Shown here piece after piece: positions 37,891 through 52,083 of a stretch of DNA of 64,000 bases. The DNA comes from Paramecium tetraurelia. Taxonomy: Eukaryota. Below the pieces are notes generated by a model. It made no database searches, was not told the DNA's origin, and worked only from the letters and a program-made list of their open reading frames with translations. The stretch's first letter is position 1. Each line of letters opens with the position of its first letter. The stretch spans positions 1 to 64,000 of the forward strand of contig CT867997.1 of assembly GCA_000165425.1 (NCBI GenBank), read 5' to 3'. The translations under genes were made by a program, and so were the position numbers.

Positions 37891-39422
37891 TCATAAATAT
37901 TTGCTTAATCCAGATTGATCTTTAAGGCTCAAGTATTCATTTCTTATATTTACCTCCAATTTGTCCAATAGCACTTTATGTACCGTTATAAAGGGCACAA
38001 TTATCAAAGACTAATAGCATGTCTGCATGAAATTCTCTGCAGGATTTGTAAGCATTTACATTCAATTTATTCTGAATATAGGTTGATTATTACTTTGATT
38101 GTTCCGAAATCCATGGGTCTTTTAACAATTTCAAAATAATCACTAATATGATATTCTTTTTAATCAACTGGTTTATGGAAGAAGTAAGCGCCTTTTGACT
38201 TCCATATTTAAGCTAAATTTTTATTAGTACATACCAATTAATCTTTTGGCTAATTTCTCCCAAGTTTCATCTTCTTTGCTTTAGTTTATCATATTATCGT
38301 CAATGACATCATCAGCATTTAAAATCAATTAAGCAATTTCAGGATATTATCTTTGGAACCTTGTAAAATCATCGTTTGTTAATTCTCTTTGTTGTCCCTT
38401 ATCATCAGTATGTAAAATTTTGTATTATTATTTTGGCACATCTTTTTATTTTTTTCTGTTTTGCTTTTATTAATCATTTACTTTGACGACCTCCTCCTTT
38501 TTTTAGTGAACATCTTCCTTTTGCTTTGTCATACTTGCTGTAATTAAGTCAATCACTTCCTTTTTCTAAGATTACTTTGCAAAATACAGAGCAGTCTTTT
38601 TCTTATTATCTTGATGATTAACTGGACAGCCAGCCTTAATATTAGAATTGTAATCTTACTTCTATCAACAATTTACAAGCTTCAAAGTGTCCTTTACTTG
38701 CAGCATAAAATAAAGCCGTTTGACATGATAATGTATCTAGATGAGCCACATCAACACCCAACCTAATGAATCTTAAATGGTTATTTCTTATATTTACTTT
38801 TAAATTATATCCACTCTATTTTCTCTTGATGCATAGAACAATGGAGTCTAACCATAGGAATCAGGATCTGAGATATTTATTTCTTAAGAAATCAAATAAT
38901 CAAACAGTTTAGTTTTGCCATCTCTACAAACATAAAATAAGATCGATTATTTAAGATTATCTTTAAAATTGACATTTGCCCCCAACTCACATAATAGCCT
39001 TAGCAATTGTAAAGAAACTTCCTCATCTGACCCTTATATTGCTATAAATGTAGATATTTGTCTAGTTTATGGATCTATTCTGTTTACTAAATCTACTTCT
39101 GCTTAATATTTATCTAAGAATTTAGAAGGTATTGTGTACTTAAGATCTGCTTTACTTTCTCAATGTGTTGCACATGCAAAGCTTGCTTAAATTCTCCATG
39201 AATTACATAAAGTTATTCAGATGTCAATTTTTCAATTGGAATTTCTTACTCAACTGGCTGAAGCAATTATTGGAACTAATTAATGTCTATATAGTAAATC
39301 ATCTCACCTATTTCAGATATGATTTAAGAGACTATTGAGCGTATCTATGACTCATTATAATTTAAAGCTTGCAAAATGTCTTCAACCTAGATTGAATTTA
39401 CTCTCTCATTATTTGCCGCCAT
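37891..39422 (-). CDS. Ankyrin-repeat plus bromodomain protein (BDP1-like)
   Basis: Ankyrin motifs QSILFYVCRDG, GQTPLFYASREN, QTALFYAASKGH; bromodomain FFHKPVD..DYFEIVKRPMDFGTIK..LVFDNCALYN. Confidence 0.88.
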
Positions 39423-39623
39423 TCTAAATCTGGTTAGAGCAGTTTATAGAAAATTTTATGAAATCATAATTATTAAATTAAATAATAAATGAAATTCTCA
39501 GAAAAATCAACTTAAATTATAAGTATTTGATGTTAAACAATGTGAAATATATTTTGCCATTCCAATTGATATATAAGAAAAAGAAATTAAATATATGCTT
39601 GTTTTTTCAATAGATTATACTAA

Positions 39624-40145
39624 TCAACCACTCCACGCATATTTTAATGTGACATTCTACTTAGCCAAAGACAAAGCTTAAGGCCTTCATTAGCTTTCCA
39701 TAAACACAAAATTTCAATGTTTAATGGGTCGTCCTATAAGGACCTTATGACAAACCATACTGGGGTTGGTGTAGCTCAACAACACCTGAATTTATAGCAA
39801 GATAGATCTGATTTATAATGCTGGTGACCATTTATCTTTTAATACATCCAAGCAAATGTCTTCCCAAATTATCAATATTTGGATGATAAATCTTGAGTAT
39901 TTGAAAACACATTTGGGTGGATGTACTAATCACTTAATGTTGAGTAATATTACCATGGGATAATCATCAGGTAAAAGCAATTCAACATCAAAAACACCTC
40001 CTTCATATGGTGTATTAGGAGGTCCTGATATTATGACAAAGAAATGTTTGAAATTTTGTGGATCTGGAGTCACATCAATTCCTTACACTTTGTCTTTGGC
40101 TAAGTTTTATGTCTCTTTGATAATTCTTGGAGTGGGTTAAGCCAT
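39624..40145 (-). pseudogene. UBC13: Ubiquitin-conjugating enzyme UBC13/UBE2N-like gene with several 1-nt insertions (pseudogene or sequence error)
   Basis: [33 protein letters not shown] and [21 protein letters not shown] are intact, but the KIYHPNID and PNPDDPL segments are out of frame. Confidence 0.75.
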
Positions 40146-41445
40146 AAATTGTTGAAATTATATTTATATTAATATTTAATATTTTTATGATAAACAATAT
40201 TTATACTCATATTCAATTACCATATTCATTTATTAAATCTAATGTCATCAACATTATAGAATTTATCAAATTATTAATGTTAATAACAATTCTCTCAAAA
40301 ATAACATCTAAAAGAATGATGTGTCTCTAGCCTAACTATATTCAAATTCAATCAAAATTCTCCTTTATGATCACTTTTAACCGTAGGGATTCTTTGAAAT
40401 TTCAAATTAGTCAGCATTTAATATTTGTTCTTATCATATATTATTCAAAATAGTCTTTGTAAGATAATATTGTTTTGAGAATAAATTATATTGTTTTTTT
40501 TCAATATTTCAATATTTCAAAATTTCATACAAATGATCAAATTAAAGGTCATGATATCCCGCATTTTATTGTTAAATACCTTAATTAAATTCAAATTCTG
40601 ATGTCTTTTTTGACATTTATAAAAGTCATTCCTGGATAAGCCTTCTTTTTAGGGCATTTCTCTATCTTCTATTGTTTTTGGTCTTTATAACCTTTATTTA
40701 AATTAGTTACATATTTTAAATTATTCTATTCAATAATTACCAAATAAACAATCAAGTTAATTTTATTAATCTTATCTATACTACCATTCAAAAAATAAAT
40801 TCAAATATATTGATTGAGAATCAGCTTTAACCTTATCTACAATTAATTTTAAAAAATCAAAATTATTAACTAATTAAATTCTTATGGAATTATCTTAACT
40901 TAAATTCTCTAGTGATTTTCTATAAATTTCTCAAATTCTATTGAGTAGTAAATCTACATAAATTGATATTATAATTTTTAAAAAATGTAAATAAATTCAT
41001 CCATAATTAACCTAAAATTAACATAAATTATGGAAATTCATCCTTCAAAAACAGAATTTAACTCTTGAATTAATTAGACCTTATGCGATTTCGAATTATA
41101 TCATTATTTGGGAATTAAAATTTGATTTATAAATATAGGAGACTTTAAAATCAATTAGAAGTTAGGTCTAGAAATTATATAACATTTGAGATCTTATAAA
41201 GAATTAGAATTAACACTAATTCCTTAAGGGCTAGCATTAAAAAAAGCAATGCTTATCTATCAACTAAACTCGATCAATATAACTTTATAACTATGGTTCA
41301 AATTATTTGGATATTCTTGCTCATTCCTTAATGGATGACTAAATTTTTGTCCTAAATTTTGTGAAATCATATTAATTATGAAGATGAATATGGAAATCCT
41401 AATTTATTTATTCAACAATTTCATATTCCATTTTAATAATAATAA

Positions 41446-42097
41446 ATGAATCAAAACTCTTATCCATTGAAATTCAAGAATGCATAATTGCACCAAAGAG
41501 ATATCGATTCTTTGAATAATAAACAATGGCTAACAGCTGAAGCCATATATTTCGGAACTCAATACTTGATCAAGGAAATACCAAATGGAATTTCAGTGCT
41601 TGATCCTTCTATTGCCACTTTTCTTATATTTGAAAATGATTTTGAAGATTTAATGTCTGTGTAATAAGAATTGGTAAGAGGAGAAGGCATTATCACAGCA
41701 ATAAACGATTGTTAGAATCCTAATGGCACACATTGGGGAGTGCTGTTATTTTATGAATCTTAATTTTATCTCTTCGATTCAGGATCGAATTCAGATTTAT
41801 AAGTGACACTATAATTTTGATATTTAGAGTAGTGCTGAAATGATTGCTAAAAAAATGTTGGCAATAATAAAAAATGATGAGACATTGATCTAAAAAGACA
41901 TTTCAGTTATCAAATTCAATGGAGTGCCAAAACAAACTAATTCTTATGATTGCGGAGTATATTCAATTGCAATCATTCAGAGATTAGCAGAATGTATAAT
42001 GAAGAAACAGGAATGGAATTTTCAAAATATCACTCCTGATTATGTGACGAATATACGATTAGAATTGAAAAATTCTATTTAATAAATGTTATAATGA
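41446..42097 (+). CDS. SENP8: NEDD8-specific protease SENP8/DEN1-like (peptidase C48)
   Basis: DIDSLNNKQWL; AINDCQNPNGTHWGVLLF..FYLFDS; PKQTNSYDCGVY; ~200 aa single domain. Confidence 0.8.
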
Positions 42098-42109
42098 CCA
42101 GTTTACATA

Positions 42110-42446
42110 TCATATTTGATTCTCATCAAAGAATTGTCTCAGTCGTGATAATAAGTCTTCCTTCACTTTATTTGGAATAGTAGCTTATCCTCTAACATAT
42201 AACATATCTGTCAATTCTTCAATAGTTATTTTTTCAAGTCCTTTTTATCTTATGACTTCCTTACAGTAATCTTTCAGATCATCCCTCCATCTGCATTCAA
42301 TTAGTTTTTATCTCAAATATTCTTCCAATCTAATTCTACATTATTTTTTATTACCTTGAATCCTCTCCTGATTCTCTCAGTTTTTAAGCCAATAAATTTG
42401 TTCTTTGATTGATAAAATCCCCTGCCAATCTCGACTATTGATTCAT
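42110..42446 (-). CDS. ENY2: ENY2/Sus1 (SAGA/TREX-2 subunit)
   Basis: [67 protein letters not shown]. Confidence 0.92.
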
Positions 42447-42472
42447 ATGTAATTAATTATAATTTATAATAA

Positions 42473-43075
42473 ATGAATACTGTTCTAAAGGGAGAATACC
42501 CCTATTTAGAATAACAGAGGAAATCTACAATTAGTCCAGAAACTGGGAAACAAATATAAAATATATTACATAGAAGAATCAATTATTCATAAGCAGATTT
42601 AATTACTCCAATAGCAGTGAAATAGAGCCATAAAAAATAAGCAATTAGTCAAGGATTATAGTAACTGCTTAAATCTAGTCCTTATTCCAGATTAGTATCC
42701 TAAAAGTCTTAGCAATAACTATCATATTAAGACAGTTTTTCTTAATAATATCTGAATGGTTATACTCCAAATTAATAATAATCTTAGTTGTTGTTTAAGC
42801 CTGATGTGAGAACACCCTCTACTACTTCAAGCAGCATTAAACCAAGAATGAGAAATCAGGCTAAGGATGCTGTTTAGAAAAAATCATTTGATTTATATAA
42901 TGCAATGTCTTTTAGAGAAAAAGATAAGTAAACAATATCTTAACTTCAAAACATAATATAAAGAACATCTATTTTATTATTATCATATAAAGAATAACTA
43001 TAAAGAGCCATCTTAGAAAAGTAGGACTTGATAACTTAAATCGAGAATTTAGAATAAAATAGGACAAAAAAATGA
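42473..43075 (+). CDS. Hypothetical S/Q-rich protein (200 aa)
   Basis: ATG 42473 and in-phase TGA 43073-43075, with a short C-terminal coiled coil. Confidence 0.6.
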
Positions 43076-43280
43076 TTAAAAATTATAATAAATTATTGTT
43101 TTTTCTAATTTTACAAGTTGTGCTTCTCAAAGTAATTTAAACAATGTAAACTCATTCTCTTAATAATTAATATCGGGAAAGTAATATTAAGAATAAAATT
43201 TTATCTTAAAATTTGACTAAATACAAAAACACATAGAAAAAGTGATTAATCTTGTATATAATAATAAAGAAGTATATTAG

Positions 43281-43937
43281 TCATTCTTCTACTTCATAAG
43301 AAGTGAAAATTCGTAGTGAATTTTCCAAAATTGTGTTGTCTTATCGACGGATTTCAGCAAAATATTAGTTGATTTTGCTTTTGGCATTTTCTGGGTCTAT
43401 TGCTTAAGTACAATCCTTCAAAACCTTAACCTTGTATCCTAATTTGAGAGCATCGATAACAGTGAAGAGAACACAGTAATCTAAAGCAAGTCCTCCAACA
43501 TAGATAGTGTCCACATTTAAGGATTGAAGCTAAGTTAATAGAACTATAGAATACAATTTAATGTAAGTTGGTTTAGTCTTCTTTACATCCAAAGCCGCTG
43601 TAGCTGTCATATTTATAATTTGTCCCTTTAAGAACAATTATGTCACCTTCTTCAGTTTAGATGTCTTTGTGTAATTCGGCTCCATATGTGTTTTGTACAC
43701 AATGAACTGGCCAAAGATTGTCAACTTCCTCCTTTTTTAATTCATCCAAGTTTGAATGGTTTATTTTGAAAGAGACATGATTTTCAGGATGCCAATCTTT
43801 AGTAAATATAACATGTTTGAAGTATTTTCTGACTTAATTTATCTTAGGGATGATTTCAGAGGATTTTTACACAGGTAGGGATCCTCCTTCACAAAAATCA
43901 TTTTGAACATCAACGATGATGAGGGCTGAATTTTCCA
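43281..43937 (-). CDS. PNC1: Nicotinamidase/pyrazinamidase (isochorismatase family)
   Basis: ALIIVDVQNDFCEGGSL, DWHPENH, WPVHCVQNTYGAEL, DSYSGF, GLALDYCV. Confidence 0.93.
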
Positions 43938-44587
43938 TTTTCTGAATTTGTATAAAAATTGAAAAAAATATTTATTATTATCAGAATTTCTTATTTGCAT
44001 ACTTTTAAATGTTAAAAATAATACATATTAAATTTCATTAGATAAACACCAGAATTAATATAATCTGATATAAATAAAACTGACAACATGAAAAAAAAAT
44101 TACGTATGGAATGAAATTTTTTGATAATTAATTTATCTTAAATCCCGGCAATATATCGTAAATATCTTTTCAAATATCAATATGCATCTTGATAAACATC
44201 CTTGAGTTGATTCTTAGTCTATTAACTTTTATTTTTGAACAATAAATAGTGTTCATTTTTTTGCTGAAATACTTTCTATTTTATCATTCTAATAAGAATA
44301 ACTTATCTGTTTTCGTGAGATCCACACAACCAACCTTTATTGAAACAATCAAAGAGTTTACTTAAACAAATTTTATTTTTTAAAACCAGTTATAAGTATA
44401 TAAACTTGGAGAACACTCTATTATTTATGATCAAAAATTATTGAGGATAAAGTGTAAACAATTAGAGATATATAAACAAACATTTTTATATTATTAAGCA
44501 GCTGAATAGATGCCTTTAATTTTTTATAATCAACTAATTTGGGCATTGAATTTTAAATTATAATATTTTATTATTATTATTATTATA

Positions 44588-44999
44588 ATGCAAATACCAA
44601 ATTACGATAGAGATTCAGTCTGCTCTTTTTTTAAGAAGCTAACAGGAGATATTTTATTTTACTTAGATGAAATGAAATCGGACTTTGCTAAAAATCCTCC
44701 TTAAACCAATATCAAAGACAGAGTGCTTGTAATTATGGTTTCTTAATTAGTTATGGAAAGATAAATATTAATAATCACTCAATCAGTGCATCATGACTTA
44801 TATTATGAAAACAGAGTAAGTTGATGTGTCTTAATTCTAATTTAAAGAATTTTTAGATAAGGTGACTGATGAATATCAAAATGATTAAGAATTTATGGAT
44901 TTATTAAAGTAATGTAATCAAAGCATTGAAAATCTGAAAGACTTCATAAGAACCAATCTAGCCAAAGATCCTTCAATATATGTAATAAAGGATATTTGA
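44588..44999 (+). CDS. Small hypothetical protein
   Basis: MQIPNYDRDSVCSF..., one predicted 22-nt intron, ends PSIYVIKDI*. Confidence 0.55.
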
Positions 45000-45094
45000 T
45001 TTTAATTTCTATTTATGACTGAAATATGAATCATAAATTTACCATAAGAAGGAATATTTAATTATATTTTATAATTTATTAACCATTATGTAAG

Positions 45095-46975
45095 TCACAA
45101 TGATTCTAATGCGCTTTTTGCTTAGTATTTGACTTCTGCATCTTAATCATCACTAAGAGTTTATAGAATTTTTTTCATAGGATCGGCAATATTACCTCCC
45201 TTTTCCTTAGCCAATTATATGGATGTTCTACAAACATTGCTTCTAATGTTAGCAACTGAATCCTTGGCCATCGCTTATAAAATGGGGACTATAGTTTTTA
45301 AAATGTAATCATTGGTTAATTAAGAAGTAATTTGCTAAAATAAAATAAGTTTTATACATTGATTGTGAATAAAACAGTTAATCGATGAAGGTAGTTTTAA
45401 ATTGATTAAAATGCCCATATTTTTGTTAATAGGTTTTTGTCTGCCCAAGCCAATCCAAGAATAGATATCAATTAGGCTGTTTATTATATAGCTGTTTGTC
45501 TAACTGAAGAGACCTTGTCACCCATCCAATCCAATAGCAATTTCAGAACTTTATCAGATAAAAATTCAGGGCCAATGGCTCTTGCGAAGAAACTCAAGAC
45601 TTCGATAGTGGAAGCTCTAATTCTCCAATTCTTATCTTGTGCTAATTCTGTCAAAGCTGGAATAACACTTTGGGATAATGAATCTACACCCAATACGTTT
45701 GTGATTAGACTTAATTTCTTAAAGAGGGTTATTCTGACTTCTGAATCTTAGTCTTTGAGTAGGGTCAAAAAGATTGGCAAGATTTGTTCACTTGTATTCT
45801 TCTTACCAATAATTGGACATAATGCCAAGACTGAAGAGGCTAGAGCGTCTTTTAGGTTTATTAGTATGATAAATTACTTCTAACAAATGCATTTGTATCA
45901 GACTGTATTGTTTTCAAAAGAGGGATTAGTTTGTTTAGGATATCTTCTGGATCCATGAGACCGCTGACTCTTTCGATTTTCAATGCTGCTATTGATTTCA
46001 TTTCAGGTTCAGCATCTTATAAGAACTTGAGATGGTAATTTTAGAAATTCTTTCTGTAGCCATCTTTGGTTACCGCTTCACCTATCTTTAGATTAATGAA
46101 TAGAGTTACCTCAGCCAATTTATCACAAAAGTAGAATCTGACTCTCCATGATTGATCTTCAGCTAGTTATTTAAACATGTTTAGAATAAAGTTTTATTAT
46201 TTTTGGAAGAAAGGAGTTTTGCTTGATTGTATTAATGCATCTACTATGTACATTCTAATGAAGTCTTGTTCGTCTTTAATGAAGGAATTCAATATGTTTT
46301 GGATGAAGGTTTCGTTTATTAATGGGAAATGTTTAACCAAATCCTAAATTTTGAAAAAATTAATACCTGAAAATACATGGATGTGAATTTTCTAACTTGA
46401 GGTATTTGATCCTAAGACAATTTGAGTATGATATTTATTAAGTCATTCTAATTATTCTATGAAACTTAATTAAAGATTGCTGGTATTAAAATTGCTACTG
46501 CATTCTTAGCCATGTAATAATCGCTATCGTTTAATCTCTTTATAATTCCAATTGATAATTCTTCTACTTTCTTTTAGTCTGGAAGTTGAGTTAGACATTT
46601 TTTGATTTGATTGGCAGCCTTCATTAATTATTATTTTACTTTTTCTCTTACTGAAGCATCTTCTACTCTGCACAATGCTTCGAATGTAGGCAGTAGGACT
46701 TATGCTTAACCTCCTACAAGCTCCACAAAATTTCTTGATAGTGAATCTACCAATTCTATCAGTACTTCATCATCATCATCCAGCAATTCTAAATTAGATA
46801 TTTGCATACCTTAAATGAACGGAATGAGTTCATTTTTTGTTCTATCTGGACCTATTGTACTAGCAATTAAATCTAAATGCTTGACTGAATGAATCCTTTT
46901 TCGTATGTCATCACTTTTTAGTTCATCAATAATCAAATTTATTGGCATTCCCGTAGTATTTTCAATTTTGGGCAT
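45095..46975 (-). CDS. PPP2R1A: Protein phosphatase 2A scaffold subunit A (HEAT repeats)
   Basis: INLIIDELKSDDIRKRIHSV..IGPDRTKNELIPF; AEDQSWRVR; LAQDKNWRIR; KDSVANIR. Confidence 0.95.
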
Positions 46976-47042
46976 TTTTTAATTAATTTATTAAATACAT
47001 TATTTTTTCTTTTGATTTTTATTTTAAATATTAACCGTTGAT

Positions 47043-48624
47043 ATGTAATAAGGCTAAGTCAAAGTTATTGGTAATTACAGCTACAACCTAAAGCATTGCT
47101 TAGGAGAGGGTGCTTACGGTAAAGTATACTAGGGACTTGATACCACGACTAATTTAAAAGTGGCCATCAAAAAACTTGATTTACGTAATTTTGAAAGAGA
47201 TAATTATCTTAAACAATCAATCATATAAGAAATCGAAATTCTAAAGAAATTCAATCATAAAAACATAGTCAAATTTATAGATTTGATTTCAACTCAAAGA
47301 AGTCTCTACATCATAACAGAATTTTGTAAAGATGGAGATTTAAGAGAAATTATGAGTAGAAAAAAATACAATGAATAAGATGCTTGGAAAATTATGAAAT
47401 AGATCATCCAAGGATTCCGTGAACTAGTATCCAATGCCATCATTCATAGAGACTTAAAACCAGCAAATATTCTTAGTCATGAAGGAGTATTCAAAATTGC
47501 TGACTTTGGATTCGCTAAATATGTTGATAATTTCACCAATCAATTGCTAAGATCATGTGTTGGATCTCCACTCTACATGGCCCCTTAAATTTTAGCAAGA
47601 AAACCCTATTCTACCAAATGTGATATTTGGTCTCTTGGTGTCATATTTTACGAGATGGTCTTTACTGATGTTCCTTGGAAAGGCAGAGACGAAAGAGACT
47701 TATTGAAAAATATTTTAAGTGTTCCTGTTTCAATCAAAAAAGGATTTCTGACATCCAAATCTGAAGAATTCTTAAGGAAAACATTAACAATTGAAGAAAA
47801 TGATAGAATATCATGGGAAAAAGTATTTGAAATGTTTGAAGTTGTCAATCTCCCCTCTGATTAGAGAATTCAAACATCTCCTAATTTAAATATTAGAGCA
47901 AATAATCATTAGAATTCTTCAAACAATGAAAAGGAAAGAAAGAAGTCTATCTTCTAAGGCCCATCCTAACCACCTGTGCAATAAACATCTGCTCCTGTTT
48001 CACCCATTTCAATTTAACCTCAAACTCCTTCTATTAAGAGTTTAAGAAATGAGATTATTTTTAGGAATTTTGTCTTGACAACTGAATTATTCCCAAGATA
48101 CACTTCTAACAAAAATAGTATTGTAGAAAAAGTTATGATTTGCTTGAGCAAAACTAATATGGCAATGCAAAATGCTTTATATACTTTAGCTAATCAGATC
48201 ATGGTCCCAGCAATAAAGAAAGATCATGATTAGTATGTATAATTTCATTCAGATTTAATTGAAACATTACAAAGAAACGGGTAATTGCAGCATTGTGATA
48301 GAGAATTAGATATAAATTCAAAGGATTAGAATTGCACCGATACCGAATGCGATAAGTTAAATATAACCTTAACTACATTAATTAAATAATTATGGTATTA
48401 ATTTTTTGATTATTTTTAGTTAGGAAATGCTTGAGGAACACAAGAGAGCTCCTTCTAGACCAATCATGTTGTTATTAGACAATTTAGTGGATATCATTAT
48501 CATTCACAAGAAAGTCCAAAGATGTGTGGAGATAGATTACGATCAATTGAATGCTGAGAAGGCTGAAGAAGAAGATCCAAGAAAGATTATGGATGCTGTT
48601 ATAGAAAAGCTCAGGCAAGCTTGA
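47043..48624 (+). CDS. Ser/Thr protein kinase (ULK/ATG1-like)
   Basis: [51 protein letters not shown]. Confidence 0.93.
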
Positions 48625-48936
48625 TTTATTTTTCAATATTTTTCTACCTATAATCATTATGTTTAATGTAACTAATTGCTTAAACTTAATAATTTAATAT
48701 AATTATAGTTATTAAATATAATAATAAATTTCTAAAATTTAATAATATTTCGTAATTTTCAAATAAATAATAATTATATAATTGTTATTATATGAAAGCA
48801 ATTGATGATTCAAATTCGTAAAACTAATGTTCAAAAGATTCTACATTTCTTTTTTATTACTTCTTACTATCTTTGTAAGAAATACTGTCACTCAAGATCT
48901 AACTTTATTTAAATATTATTAAATAATAAATCTGAA

Positions 48937-49704
48937 ATGGGGAGCAATTGTTCGCACAATTCCTAAGCATCAGAAAGAAGTACTTTCAATAAATCAGATT
49001 CTTTTGGTGAGAATAATCAAATTTTCAAACCTTAAATGGATAGTATTCTTGGAGCAAGTTAAATGACATAAATGGATATACCTAATGCTCAATTACCATC
49101 ACCTATTAAGCCTCTCATCTCTAAATACAATGAAATTAAATCTGTTGTGAGAATTCCTACTGAAGAAAGTATATTTTAAAAAGAATTTTATGAAATCAAA
49201 GAATGTAAACCATAAAACCCCTCTAAAACATAGAAAATACTCCAACCTAAAATATAGATAAATTTACAATATTAAAACCTGCGTAAAAACCAATAAAACA
49301 AATAATAAAGTTCTAAATTCTTTACAGCCTCTCCAAAAAAAAAGTAATAAGAAAAGAGCAATTCTTAGTCCCCACTATAAAAACAGTGTCCCACTTTCCA
49401 GAAATCAAGTAAAAAAAGGGAATCTCCAAATTATATTCATGTACAGAAAGACAAAATAGTAACAAATAGAAAATATTCAGATATACCTTAGAAAAAAGAT
49501 AAACATTAAATCATTAGAAGAAAGATAAGTGATATTTGTGTTGATCATACATACATAATTCGATTAGAGAGTCCTACTAAATTTAGATCGTTAACTCCGA
49601 ATTCAATTTTGAAAAGAAAAGATTTAGAAATTCAAACTAATTCTTCCCAAAAAAAGTAGGTAAGATTCAAAAATTCAAGATAAAAGAATTCACCTTGTAC
49701 TTGA
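48937..49704 (+). CDS. Hypothetical low-complexity protein with putative N-acylation (MGSNC) and C-terminal KQVRF motif
   Basis: ATG 48937 and in-phase TGA 49702-49704; S/K/Q/P-rich. Confidence 0.6.
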
Positions 49705-50345
49705 TATGATAATATTAATTCATTTGTTAAATTAAAAAGTTTATGAATTCATTAATTGTAATTAGATTTTTAATAATTATTTTAATTATCTCCTGATGTA
49801 GCTGAGTTTGATATTGAAAATGAAATTAGAGAAGATGCATATCAAAATCCATAATCGGATAAGTATTATACTATAATGTGCTTTCAACTAATATTGCTGG
49901 CTACTCTATCTTCCTAATATTGGTTTTCCTATTCAATGATTCTTTTAAGTAATAGAATAATATACATACTAATTTAAAGGACGATTAACTTATAATGAAG
50001 AATAAATTTTATTTCATCAATTTTCTGATATTTTCAAAATGGGATTAATAAACTTTTTCATATATAATAGTAAAACTACTTTATGAATTGGTTGAATAAA
50101 ATTCAAATGACTTATGATATCAATTGAAGTATTACTCTTAGTTCTTAATTGTTTTGAAAGTCATCTAAGAAAAAGGATTTTTAATAGTCTATTGTTATCT
50201 ATTTTGAAAATCATTTCTAATGAATATTGATCAATCAAATCTTTTACAGGACACTTTTAATTATAAATAGATTAGATGATAATAAATTAAATTAGAACTA
50301 AACTAAAATACTTTAATTTAATATATGATGTGATTATTCTAACAA

Positions 50346-51049
50346 TCATTTTCTAAGGGCTTAGAAAATCTTCAATTTATCCAATTTACCGTGTTATCTC
50401 AATTTTTGTACGTGAGTACCATAGTATTATAATTCATCCTAAATTATTAATTAATGGTATTACATTAGCCTTATATTTGAGATAGTCAGATCTGAAATAG
50501 TTGGTGAATCCCCATTTGGCTGAGACAACAATCTTTTATCTTCCTGGGAACTTATTCTTTCCTCTTCTCAAAGCTTCCATAGCATGATTGATTGAAGCAT
50601 CCTTGCATCTCAAAGAGTAGAGAATGCTGCCGATTTTGACTCTGGCGCACAAACCATTTGGTTTACCGAAGGCACCTCTCATACCGGTTTAAAGTCTATC
50701 TGCACCAGCACATGAAAGCATTTTGTTGATTCTGAGTACGTGCCATGGGTGGACTCTGCATCTAAGATGGAATGCGTCTTTTCCGACTTTCTTAATCATA
50801 TATTTGTTGATGGCAACTCTGCATGCTTCTAAGGCTTCTGATGAGATTTATTCCTTTTCATCTGAAACAATGTGGATGGCAGCCTAATTCATATTAATTA
50901 TTCAATACTGGGAATTCATCAACGTTGGCCTTCTTTCTTCCGACATCATAGATTCTAATTTTAGCATCTGGCACACCTCTGTTGTATCTGGATTTGGGGA
51001 ATGGTTTACCATTACTCACTCTGTAGCATCTTGCTGGTCTTCTGCCCAT
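50346..51049 (-). CDS. RPL10: 60S ribosomal protein L10 (uL16)
   Basis: [51 protein letters not shown]; two introns. Confidence 0.98.
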
Positions 51050-52083
51050 TTTTATTTAAAAAAATATAAAAGATTAAAAATTTTTTGAATTCATTCAATC
51101 ACTCACTTGGAATATATTATATTCAATCTATAATGCCAATTTTGAATATCATACTAATATACACTCAGAGAAGATGATTATAAAGAAAAGATGCTTAATT
51201 AATTAATTAATTTCTTTCATTTGAGGAGCATGAATGATAAAATTTACATACAGTTATAAATGAAGAACATGATTGTTTAAAATTATGATAATTCTTATCA
51301 ATAATATTACCTATAATATCTAATATTGATACAATTCTAAATTAACAATTATATTAACCCAATATCACTACTATCATCTTTTATTTAGTTCTGTTTTACT
51401 CAAGAATTATGTAATTTAAATATTTATTAACAAAAGAGTTGCCATGACGCAAAAGATTTGAAATAACTATTTCAATTTTAAGTAATGAATGCAGTAGTAA
51501 TCGAGTTAACATTTTATCAAGAAGCTTTAAGAATATAAAAGACATAAATTTGGTAAGTAATTATTTTCAAATAACTCATATTTTAATTTTTGATTGAATA
51601 CCTTTTCTCAATTTTAAAAAGGTTAGCATGCGAATATATTTTATTTAGTTTTGGTGAAAAATTGAAGTATTCTTGTAGTTCATTTAGCTAGTTCATCAAT
51701 TATAATGATTGAGTTCCTAATTGTAACCTGTTTATTCAATAGATACAGTATTTTAAATCAATAGTTAAATGATATTATAAATATTAAGTATTCCCATTTA
51801 GAATGATTAATTGAAACTTAAACCAAATAAATCAATAATTTTTATTGGATTTTCTTCAAAAATCAGACTCAATTAATTTAATCCCTCTTTCTAGTCTACA
51901 ATACAGAACAAGCATTTTCATTTTTTAATTTTTCTTATATTTTAATCATTTATTTAACGATAAATAGTTACTTTAAACTAAAAATTTAGTGAAGAAGATT
52001 TTATTTAAATTAATTTAAAAGTATCTTTAATTGATTAAATTATTGAACTCTCATTAATCTGGTATTTAATTAATATCAAAAAT

